This document shows positions 19,591-27,707 of a stretch of DNA of 64,000 nt, piece after piece (positions within the stretch are counted from its first letter, which is position 1; every line of letters begins with the position of its first letter). The notes under the pieces were generated by a model. The model was not told the origin of the DNA, did not search any database, and was given only the letters and a program-made list of their open reading frames with translations. Both the position numbers and the translations under genes were made by a program. Source of the DNA: an uncultured Verrucomicrobiota bacterium (lineage in GTDB: Bacteria; Verrucomicrobiota; Kiritimatiellia; CAIQIC01; Lenti-01); assembly GCA_937860055.1 (NCBI GenBank), contig CALMBO010000028.1:21881-85880 (forward strand). Direction: 5' to 3'.

Positions 19591-20301
19591 TCAAGGCGAG
19601 GGCGCCGGAGGCGGCGGGACGGGCGCGGACAGGATGCGTCCGGGCTCGTAGGTCTGCATGAGGCGCAGGAAGACCGGCTCGTATTCATCGTAGAGGGCCG
19701 GGGGCGCGCTGAACTGCACATGGTGCGCCAGGTCGCCAGTCAGGAAATCCAGCAGGAGCAGCCGGCTCTTGAAGAGCTGCACGGAGCGCTTCACGGCGCG
19801 ATGGGGCCCCACATAGGCGAAGTCCATGTGCGTGTCGGCGGCCAGGCTGCGCTCCACCCGCCGCAGGTTCTCGACCAGCCGGTCGAAGGTCAGGCCGTTG
19901 GTCGCCACCACCTGGATGCCCATGTCCATGCCGTAAGGCCCCTGGAACACCACGTTGAAGAATTCGTCGACGGGCTTCTCCACCCTCATCCAGTGGCGCG
20001 GCGGCACCAGGCTGAACAGGCCCGACGGGTCCACGTAGCGGTCTCCCGACAATCCGCCGGCGATGTCCGCCGCGTCGCCCTTGCGCGCGACCGCTCCCGG
20101 CCGCGTCCGTTCCGCCATGCGCCGTGAAATGTGGCGCAGGTCGGCGATCAACGCGACCAGCAGGATGGAGGCGAAGATCCAAATGACCCAGCGGATGCGG
20201 TTCTTGGACTGTTCCTGCCGCGCCTTCTCGTCCCGCTCCCGCCGCCGCTGGCGGGCGAGGGATTCCTTCAGGAAATCGCCGCTGGGCGGGCGCGGCTCCA
20301 T
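19591..20301 (-). CDS. hypothetical membrane-anchored protein
   Basis: Start MEPRPPSGDF; single TM (IRWVIWIFASILLVALIA); ATG/TGA overlap with the upstream gene. Confidence 0.4.
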   Translation of the reverse strand: MEPRPPSGDFLKESLARQRRRERDEKARQEQSKNRIRWVIWIFASILLVALIADLRHISRRMAERTRPGAVARKGDAADIAGGLSGDRYVDPSGLFSLVPPRHWMRVEKPVDEFFNVVFQGPYGMDMGIQVVATNGLTFDRLVENLRRVERSLAADTHMDFAYVGPHRAVKRSVQLFKSRLLLLDFLTGDLAHHVQFSAPPALYDEYEPVFLRLMQTYEPGRILSAPVPPPPAPSP

Positions 20302-21239
20302 CAATTGCTCCGCGCAAAGCGGGTCACGCAGGCCGGCAGCCAGTTCCAATAGGCGTAGTATTCGTCCGGCAGCTCGGTCACGATCCGCTCGGAGGCGGTG
20401 ATGTCCTGCCGCAGCGGGTCTTCCTTGCTGGGCAGCGCCCGCTCGTCGCGGACGAAAAGCTGGACATCGCCGGAGACGGCGTCCGTCACCTCTTCGAACT
20501 CGAGCGTGCGGTCCGCTTCCCCGAAATACTCGAAGCGCTCGTCGAGCCCTTCCTCGGCCACCTGGAGGAAGCGGTCGAACCGCGCCGCGCCCAGGGTCTT
20601 CTTCAGCTCGCCATAGAGCTCTTCGCGCACCATCTGCCCTTCTTCCGCATAGGGCGGGATGTTCAGGACCACCTGGTTCTCGGCGGGCTGGTCCACCGAG
20701 ATGTTCTCGGTCTCCAGCTCCTGCAGGACGGCGCGCGTGCCGAGAAAGGCCGTGTCCAGCCGGTCCACCTCCTCGTCGTTCAGCCGGAGAAGCTGGGCGA
20801 GGTCGGCGCTGACCTCCAGGTTCGTGTCCACCGGCGCCAGCCGCAGGTTGGCCATCTGGTTCTCCGGCAGGGGAAAGGTGCCGCGCACGTTGTCGAGGAT
20901 CCAATTGAGCATGTCGTCCAGCCGGCCGCGCAGGCGGGCGTTTTCCATCTCGAGCTGGAACGCCTTCCGCTCCAGCTGGCTCCGTTCCAACGCCGCCAGG
21001 GGAGCGGCCGGAGACGCCTTCGGCGGGACCGGTTTCGCGGAAGCCCTGGAGGGCGGAGAAATCGCCGGGACGGCGGAAGCCGGCGGTTTCACGGAAGAAG
21101 AAGCCGGCGCATGGCCTTTGGATGCCGCCGGCGCCCCTGGAGCCGACATCCACCAGGAGGCGAACACGGAGGCGCAGACCAAAAAAGCAACGCCCATCAG
21201 CGCTGCCATGCATTTCCTGGCCATGTCGGTTTCCAGCAT
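20301..21239 (-). CDS. hypothetical secreted/periplasmic coiled-coil protein
   Basis: TM/signal (MARKCMAALMGVAFLVCASVFA), Pro/Ala/Ser-rich linker, coiled-coil (LERKAFQLEMENARLRGRLDDML). Start uncertain (21224 or 21239). Confidence 0.4.
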   Translation of the reverse strand: MLETDMARKCMAALMGVAFLVCASVFASWWMSAPGAPAASKGHAPASSSVKPPASAVPAISPPSRASAKPVPPKASPAAPLAALERSQLERKAFQLEMENARLRGRLDDMLNWILDNVRGTFPLPENQMANLRLAPVDTNLEVSADLAQLLRLNDEEVDRLDTAFLGTRAVLQELETENISVDQPAENQVVLNIPPYAEEGQMVREELYGELKKTLGAARFDRFLQVAEEGLDERFEYFGEADRTLEFEEVTDAVSGDVQLFVRDERALPSKEDPLRQDITASERIVTELPDEYYAYWNWLPACVTRFARSN

Positions 21240-21262
21240 GCCCCGAGCCCGGGCCGGACCGG

Positions 21263-21634
21263 TCACGAGACCGATGCCGCCTGCATGGCCTCCTCGACGG
21301 TGGAATACAGCTTGACCAGTTTGCTCATGCCGAGCAGTTCGATGGTCTTGGTAATCCGCCGGTTCAGCGCCGCAATCCCCAGGAACGACAGGTTCTGGAG
21401 GGAGACCCGCTGGTAGCGGCCCAGCAGGGCGAGCCCCTTGCTGTTCACATAGGACAGATGCTCGCAATCCAGCACGATGCGGATATGGGGTTGGCTGACC
21501 ATGGGATCCAGCAGATCCTTGAACCGGTCGTGGGTCATGGAGTCCAACGGACCCGACACATGGACCAGTTGGATGCCATTGCGGTTCTCGATCTGGGTCG
21601 TCAAGACAGCGTCCGCCATGTCTTTTTTCTCCAA
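21263..21634 (-). CDS. STAS-domain anti-sigma-factor antagonist (SpoIIAA-like)
   Basis: ...LVHVSGPLDSMTHDRFKDLLDPM...IVLDCEHLSYVNSKGLALL... STAS fold with phosphorylatable Ser. Confidence 0.75.
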   Translation of the reverse strand: MEKKDMADAVLTTQIENRNGIQLVHVSGPLDSMTHDRFKDLLDPMVSQPHIRIVLDCEHLSYVNSKGLALLGRYQRVSLQNLSFLGIAALNRRITKTIELLGMSKLVKLYSTVEEAMQAASVS

Positions 21635-21870
21635 TCACTCCTGCCGGAGACCTTGGTGGTCCCTCAACGTCCGCACTCTAAATCAAATTCCCGCCGTTTG
21701 TCAGCCCTAAAATCCGCCCGAACGCAACATTTTTCCCGGCAAACGGCAAGACCGGCGCGCACCAGCCGGGCCAAGGCGCCCCATGAGGCCTCACCCACGA
21801 AATACAGCAGCGTGAACACCCCTGCCGCGCCGGTTCACGCTTCACCTCCCCTGCCCGGCGGGATTCCCGA

Positions 21871-22227
21871 TCAAACGGCGGCCGCCGTCTGCACGGCCTC
21901 CTCGAGCGTGGGGTACCATTTCACGGACTTGTCCAGTCCCAGCAGCACAATGCTTTTGAGAATGTTCGGGCGAAGCCCGGCGATTCCGAAAAACGAGAAG
22001 CCCAGCTTGGCGGTCTTCTGGTAGTGCATCATCAACGTCAGCCCCCGGCTGTTCACATAGCTGAGATTCCGGCAGTCCAGCACGATTCGGGCGTGGGATT
22101 GGCTGATCATGGGATCCAGGAATTTCTTGAACTGGTCGTAGGTCGCGGAATCCAACGGCCCAGACACGTGGATCAAACGGACGCCATTGCTGTCTTCAAT
22201 TTCAAAATTCAATGTCGACTCTGCCAT
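21871..22227 (-). CDS. STAS-domain anti-sigma-factor antagonist (paralog)
   Basis: ...LIHVSGPLDSATYDQFKKFLDPM...IVLDCRNLSYVNSRGLTLM...; ~60% identical to the neighbouring STAS protein. Confidence 0.75.
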   Translation of the reverse strand: MAESTLNFEIEDSNGVRLIHVSGPLDSATYDQFKKFLDPMISQSHARIVLDCRNLSYVNSRGLTLMMHYQKTAKLGFSFFGIAGLRPNILKSIVLLGLDKSVKWYPTLEEAVQTAAAV

Positions 22228-22352
22228 GATCTTCTACTCCCGGAATCCGCGGAATCACAGGATTCCTCTATTTGCACATTAACCTAATTATCTTTTAATG
22301 CTATCCTAACATTCTGGTTGGTGCAAGCGAGAAACCGGGTTTTAAGGGATCT

Positions 22353-24593
22353 TCAAGGCACGACGATCTTCTTCCGATAAACAACAAAGGAGGCCTGCCC
22401 CGGCCATTCCATGGGGGGACGGATGCCGAGGGCTTTGGATTGCATATCGAGGAAGGGATCCGGCTCCACCCAGATGAACGGTTCCTCGGGGGGGCCTTTC
22501 ACGCCTGGGGCCGCCAATTCCGGCCAGGCGGAATCATCGAAATCCATGGTCTTCCAGTCTCCTCCCGGATGGAAGGCGAATTTCCACGTCGCGTCCGTCC
22601 CGGCAAACCAATCTTTTCCCCGGATGGCCAGCTGGACCCAATCCGGATACCGCTGGCGGGGGGCCTGGATGGCCAGCACGTGCGGCCCCGGAGGCAGTTC
22701 GAACGAGATGGAGGCCGGCCGTTCCGGATGGCCGGCCTGCACCACTTCGTTCCCGTCCACGAACAGCTTGGCCGGCATGTTGGCGTAGAGGACCGCCAAG
22801 GCCGCCTCGCCCGCCCGTTGCCGCCGGATCATCGTCGCCGCCGTGGCCACCGCTTCGTTGGTATCCGCCAGGAACACCGGCAGCGCGGGAGGACCGCCCA
22901 GCTGCTCGTCCAGCAGCGCCCGCCGGAATTCCAGCATCCGCCGCGTTGTCGCGGGCAGCTGCGCGCCAAAGCGCCGGAGGCGGGCGGACAGCTCGTCGCG
23001 CTCGCCCTGCGCATCGCCGAAGCGTTCGTGGTTCCACATCGCCGTCATGAGCCCGCCCATGTCCAGCTGCGGATCCTGCGGCATGCCGCGGTTCTCCGGG
23101 CGCAGGCGGACCGTGTCCGCCGGTTGCGGCCGGTCCAGATAGCACCAGGCCACGCTCTCGTAGAATGCCCGGCTTTTCTGGTCGGGCCCCCGCTCGAACG
23201 CCATGTCCAGCGATTTTCCGAACCGCGCGGGATCCATCGCATGAACGCGGTATTGAACCGTGCGGAACGGCTCCTTCACGAACAACCCGTGCGTCGGCCC
23301 CGCCATCACGTTCTGGTAGTACCACCCGCCGTTGAAATAGTCCTCCAGCCCCGTTCCCAGCCAGCCCGGCTTCTTCTCGCCGTCCCTCCGGATGCTCTCG
23401 TCGCCCTCCAGCGCCCAATACGATCCGTCCAGCGTGCAGACCGAGAGCAGGCAGCCCACGTACTTTCCGTTCCCCTGGATGCGCAGGACCGGATGGGGCC
23501 GCCCGGCTTCGTTCGGCGTCGTCCGCCACCATCCCGCATGGAAATAGCCCAGCGCGCCGGCGGGCGGTTCCGCTTGCTTCCCGACCCACGCGCGGATCTT
23601 CACCGGCACCGCGGCGATCCGCCCCGCCTCCAGGCGGATCTCCGCCGCCTTCGCGAACGGCATCGGGAACGCGCAGAAAAGGGAGTCCTTCTCCATGCCG
23701 AAGAAAAGCGATTGTGCCCGGATCCGCCTCCACGGCATGCCACACAGGTCGCCCAGCGGCACCCGCACGCTTTCGTTCGTGCTCCCGTCGTAGCGGATCG
23801 ACACCACCCAGTCGCGCAGCACCGCATCGCGCGATTCCTCGGGGATCTTCGCCCACTCCGGCTCGAACTCCAAGCGGCGGATCACCGCAGGACCTTCGAT
23901 CGAGACGCCTTCCTTCCAATCGGAGAGCACGGTTTCCCGCCGCTCGCCCGCCTCGGGCAGCTTCTTTGCCGCCCAAAGGGCGCGGAGATTCTCCAGCGCG
24001 ACGACGTCGCGTTCCGGCAGCGGCCATGCGAACGTTTCCACCGGCGTCCCGCGCGGCAGGGCCGATTCCGAGACCTGGAAGTACGGCTTCGCGCCGGCAG
24101 GCCCCGTTTCGCACTCGATCCGCAGACTCTTCGCGTAGGGCATCGGAACGAATGAATACCAGCAGTAGTTGTTGTATTCCGCCAGCGGAGCCAGGAACGG
24201 CGCCTTCTTCCCGCCGAACAGTTCCTTGATGTCCCCTTCCAGCCGGGGCGTCTCCTCGCCGTCGAAATAGAACCGGAAACGATGCGGATAGCCATCCTTC
24301 GCGCCCGTGAACCACACCCGCGAGACATATCCCGGGCCCTTCAGGTCCACCAGCACCCGCCAGCCCGGCTCCCGGCTGTCGCGCAGGAAGGTGCCGAAGT
24401 CGTCGTTGCCGCCCGTGCGGTCGTAGGAAGTGTGCATCCTCGTGTCCGGCCGGTCCAGCCGCGCCAGCTCCAGCGGATCGGCCAGCCGGGCCGCCAGCGA
24501 GGCCACCGTCGCCGCCTCCCCTGACGGCCGCCCGCCGCATCCCGCCGCCCCCAGCAGGGCCGCCGCCCCCAGAATCCGCCAAATTTGCTTCAT
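22353..24593 (-). CDS. DUF2961 (GH172-like) lipoprotein
   Basis: Lipoprotein signal MKQIWRILGAAALLGAAGCGG (ATG at 24591-24593), followed by a ~720-aa domain with a GTGLEDYFNGGWYY-type motif characteristic of DUF2961/GH172. The upstream part of the annotated 1092-aa ORF is non-coding. Confidence 0.5.
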   Translation of the reverse strand: MKQIWRILGAAALLGAAGCGGRPSGEAATVASLAARLADPLELARLDRPDTRMHTSYDRTGGNDDFGTFLRDSREPGWRVLVDLKGPGYVSRVWFTGAKDGYPHRFRFYFDGEETPRLEGDIKELFGGKKAPFLAPLAEYNNYCWYSFVPMPYAKSLRIECETGPAGAKPYFQVSESALPRGTPVETFAWPLPERDVVALENLRALWAAKKLPEAGERRETVLSDWKEGVSIEGPAVIRRLEFEPEWAKIPEESRDAVLRDWVVSIRYDGSTNESVRVPLGDLCGMPWRRIRAQSLFFGMEKDSLFCAFPMPFAKAAEIRLEAGRIAAVPVKIRAWVGKQAEPPAGALGYFHAGWWRTTPNEAGRPHPVLRIQGNGKYVGCLLSVCTLDGSYWALEGDESIRRDGEKKPGWLGTGLEDYFNGGWYYQNVMAGPTHGLFVKEPFRTVQYRVHAMDPARFGKSLDMAFERGPDQKSRAFYESVAWCYLDRPQPADTVRLRPENRGMPQDPQLDMGGLMTAMWNHERFGDAQGERDELSARLRRFGAQLPATTRRMLEFRRALLDEQLGGPPALPVFLADTNEAVATAATMIRRQRAGEAALAVLYANMPAKLFVDGNEVVQAGHPERPASISFELPPGPHVLAIQAPRQRYPDWVQLAIRGKDWFAGTDATWKFAFHPGGDWKTMDFDDSAWPELAAPGVKGPPEEPFIWVEPDPFLDMQSKALGIRPPMEWPGQASFVVYRKKIVVP

Positions 24594-24680
24594 TTTCACC
24601 TCACCTGCCCGTACTATGATGAATTGCGTCGGACAAATGAACCTTTTTTCGAACCAGATTTTGAAAGCGCAGGCGCGGGC

Positions 24681-25685
24681 ATGATCATCTCGCGCACGCC
24701 CTACCGCGTTTCCTTCTTCGGAGGCGGCACCGACTATCCCGCGTGGTACCGCGAAAACGGCGGCGCCGTGCTCGCCGCCGCCATCGCGCGCTACTGCTAC
24801 CTCACCTGCCGCTGGCTCCCGCCCTTCTTCGAGCACAAGTCCCGCGTCGTCTATTCCATCATCGAGGATGTCCAGCGCGTCGAGGACATCAAGCATCCTG
24901 CCGTCCGGGAATGCCTCCTCGAACTCGGCATCCGCGACGGCATCGAGATCCACCACGACGGCGACCTGCCCAAGATGACGGGCCTCGGCACCAGTTCCTC
25001 GTTCACCGTCGGCCTCCTCCATTCCCTCCACGCCCTGCGGGGCGAAACCCGCACCAAGATGCAGCTCGCCACCGAGGCCATCCACATCGAGCGCGACCGC
25101 TGCGGCGACCGCGTCGGTTCGCAGGACCAGGTCAGCGCGGCCTACGGCGGCCTCAACCGCATCCGCTTCGCCCCGGATGATTCCATCTCCGTCGATTCCG
25201 TCCCCCTCCCTCCCCGGCGCATGGGGGAATTCCAGGATTCGCTCCTCCTGTTCTTCACCGGCTTCTCCCGCTACTCCTCCGAAGTCGTCGCCGAACAGCT
25301 TCAGAACGTCCCGAAGAAGAACCGGGAGCTCTCCGAAATGGCCACGATGGTGGACCAGGGACTCCGCATCCTGACCGGCGGGGGCGACCTCGCCGATTTC
25401 GGACGCCTCCTCCACGAAAGCTGGATGCTCAAGCGCTCGCTCAGCAGCCGCGTCAGCACGCCCGAGATCGATGCCATGTACGAAACCGCCCGCAGGGCCG
25501 GCGCCATCGGCGGCAAGATCACCGGCGCGGGCGGCGGCGGCTTCCTCCTCCTCTACGTTGAGCCCGACCGCCAGCCGTCCGTCCGCAAGGCCCTCTCCCA
25601 CCTCCTCCACGTCCCCTTCGACCTCGACCACACCGGCTCCCAGATCATCTTTTCCAACCCCACCCCCCTGGAAACCGCCCCATGA
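24681..25685 (+). CDS. GHMP-family sugar kinase (HddA/heptose-7-phosphate kinase-like)
   Basis: GHMP ATP motif PKMTGLGTSSSFTVGLL; C-terminal GGKITGAGGGGFLLL; start at MIISRTPYRVSFFGGGTDYP. Confidence 0.75.
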   Translation: MIISRTPYRVSFFGGGTDYPAWYRENGGAVLAAAIARYCYLTCRWLPPFFEHKSRVVYSIIEDVQRVEDIKHPAVRECLLELGIRDGIEIHHDGDLPKMTGLGTSSSFTVGLLHSLHALRGETRTKMQLATEAIHIERDRCGDRVGSQDQVSAAYGGLNRIRFAPDDSISVDSVPLPPRRMGEFQDSLLLFFTGFSRYSSEVVAEQLQNVPKKNRELSEMATMVDQGLRILTGGGDLADFGRLLHESWMLKRSLSSRVSTPEIDAMYETARRAGAIGGKITGAGGGGFLLLYVEPDRQPSVRKALSHLLHVPFDLDHTGSQIIFSNPTPLETAP

Positions 25686-26860
25686 ACTTCAAGCTTCCCC
25701 TGATGGAGAACAACATCGTGGCCGAGGACCGCGAGGCGGTCATCGAGTTCCTGAAGGGCGACCCGATCCTGACGCAGTCCGCGAACGTCCGGGCGTTCGA
25801 GGAGGAGTGGTCGCGATGGCTCGGGGTGCGCCGCAGCGTGTTCGTCAATTCGGGCTGTTCCGCGAACTTCATCACGATGGCGGCCCTGCGGCATCTCCAC
25901 GGCCCTGGCGAGGTCGTCGTCCCCACCCTCACGTGGGTGTCGGACATCTCCTCCGTCCTCGCCGCCGGGCACACGCCCGTCTTCGTGGACGTGGACCCGC
26001 GCACGCTCGCCATGGATCCCCGGCAGGTCGTCCGCGCCTTGAACCGGAACACCCGGGCCGTTTTCCTGACCCATTGCCAGGGGTTCGACGGGATCGACGA
26101 CGGCATGCTCGCGGAACTGCGGGAGCGCAGGATCCCGCTCATCGAGGACGTCTGCGAATCCCACGGCGCGACCCACGGCGGGAAGAAGGCCGGAACCTTC
26201 GGCCTAGCCTCCAACTTCTCCTTCTACTTCGCGCACCACATGAGCACGATCGAGGGGGGCATGGTCTGCACCGACGACGAGGATTTCTACCAGGCCTGCC
26301 GCATGCTCCGCAGCCACGGCATGGTGAGGGAGTCCGACAGCCCCCCCTTCCGGAAGAAGTGGGAGGACGCCAGCCCCGACCTCAACCCCAAGTTCATCTT
26401 CGCGTGGCCCACCGGCAACTTCCGCAGCACGGAGATCAACGCGGTGATCGGCCGCTCCCAGCTCAAGCGCCTCGACGCCAACAACCGGCGCCGCACGGAG
26501 AACTTCAAGCTCTTCCTCTCGCTCCTGGACCCGAAGCTCTACTGGACCGGCTTCCTCGTCGAAGGCTCCGTCAACTACGCCTTCCCGCTGGTGATGAACA
26601 CGGCCGACGACGTCCTCCGCGACCGCCTCATGGCCGTCATGGATGTCAACGGCATCGAGCACCGGCGCGGCAACGCCGGCGGCGGCAACCAGCTCCGCCA
26701 GCCCTACCTCGCCGGCATCGCGCCGCCCAAGGCCGACATCCCCCGCCTCTTCCCCGTCATCGACCACATCCATTTCTACGGCTTCTACATCGGCAACTAC
26801 CCCACCCTCGACGCCGACCGCATCCGCTGGCTCTGCGGCATCCTCAATTCCGTCCGCTAG
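25682..26860 (+). CDS. DegT/DnrJ/EryC1/StrS-family PLP/PMP enzyme with active-site Lys replaced by His (ColD/E1-like sugar 3-dehydratase candidate)
   Basis: Fold motifs ...ASNFSFYFAHHMSTIEGG.... At the position of the Schiff-base Lys (SFxxxK in ArnB-type aminotransferases) this protein has His (YFAH), as in GDP-4-keto-6-deoxymannose-3-dehydratase ColD and CDP-hexose E1 dehydrase. Confidence 0.7.
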   Translation: MNFKLPLMENNIVAEDREAVIEFLKGDPILTQSANVRAFEEEWSRWLGVRRSVFVNSGCSANFITMAALRHLHGPGEVVVPTLTWVSDISSVLAAGHTPVFVDVDPRTLAMDPRQVVRALNRNTRAVFLTHCQGFDGIDDGMLAELRERRIPLIEDVCESHGATHGGKKAGTFGLASNFSFYFAHHMSTIEGGMVCTDDEDFYQACRMLRSHGMVRESDSPPFRKKWEDASPDLNPKFIFAWPTGNFRSTEINAVIGRSQLKRLDANNRRRTENFKLFLSLLDPKLYWTGFLVEGSVNYAFPLVMNTADDVLRDRLMAVMDVNGIEHRRGNAGGGNQLRQPYLAGIAPPKADIPRLFPVIDHIHFYGFYIGNYPTLDADRIRWLCGILNSVR

Positions 26861-27707
26861 CCCCGGCCTTCCCTGCCGCGGCAGCCTGCCGGCCGATCTT
26901 GTCCTGCAGAAGTTCCATCCGGAACACCAGCCATTCCGGCGGCTCCGCGAGGGCATTGGTCGGTAGCCGGCCCATCATCTTCTCTCCAAGTTCAGACAAC
27001 TTTTGCAAGGCCTCCTCATTCCGGCCGGCGCTTTCCAGGGAGTCGGCCTCCTCTTTCAGGAGCATGCCGTCGTCCGGATTCGCGGCGCGGGCGGCCTGCA
27101 CGGCCTCCAGGTATTCGCGGGTCTTTCCCTGCAGCAGAAGCAGGCGGCGCTCGCAGCGCGCAGCCAGGCGCGGGTCGCAGGAATGGGGCGTGATGGTTAG
27201 CAACGCCGGACGGAGATGAAGGGATATGTTCGTGGGGATCAGCGCGGAAGAATCCAGTTCCACGCGATACTCGCCCGGCGGCAACGGCGCCGTCAGCCGC
27301 CACAGCAGGCCCGCTCCCGTCCGCGGCGGCAGACTTCCCGCTTCCTCTGTCAGGAATTCCCACGTCGGCGCAGCCCCGTCCGGACCGCCCGCCAGCCGGG
27401 GAAACACTTCTTTTCCGGAGGCCAGCGGGAGATCGGCATCGTCTTGCGGATTCGAAATCCGGCACCCCACGAACACCGGACAACCCGCCCCGATCTCCGC
27501 ATAGGGGGATTCGTTGACCATGAGCACAGCCGTCGGCTGGTTCGATGGCGCCCATGCCACGGAATCCTCCGGAACCGCCGTCGCCCCGGCCGCAACGGGT
27601 TCCGCCGCCTTGTTTCCGGCGGCAGGCCCCGGATCCGGTCCGCGGCCGCACCCCGCCAGCAATCCCGCCAGGGCCGCAACCAACAGAATGAACGTATGTA
27701 TTTTCAT
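26844..27707 (-). CDS. hypothetical lipoprotein
   Basis: Signal MKIHTFILLVAALAGLLAGC (ATG 27705-27707); no known domain recognised. Confidence 0.4.
   Translation of the reverse strand: MKIHTFILLVAALAGLLAGCGRGPDPGPAAGNKAAEPVAAGATAVPEDSVAWAPSNQPTAVLMVNESPYAEIGAGCPVFVGCRISNPQDDADLPLASGKEVFPRLAGGPDGAAPTWEFLTEEAGSLPPRTGAGLLWRLTAPLPPGEYRVELDSSALIPTNISLHLRPALLTITPHSCDPRLAARCERRLLLLQGKTREYLEAVQAARAANPDDGMLLKEEADSLESAGRNEEALQKLSELGEKMMGRLPTNALAEPPEWLVFRMELLQDKIGRQAAAAGKAGASGRN

Noticed and set aside
22440-24582. Long plus- and minus-strand ORFs (571 aa, 682 aa) overlapping the DUF2961 gene
   Set aside because: Alternate-frame and antisense artefacts of high GC; only the frame with the lipoprotein signal and GH172-like motifs is coherent.
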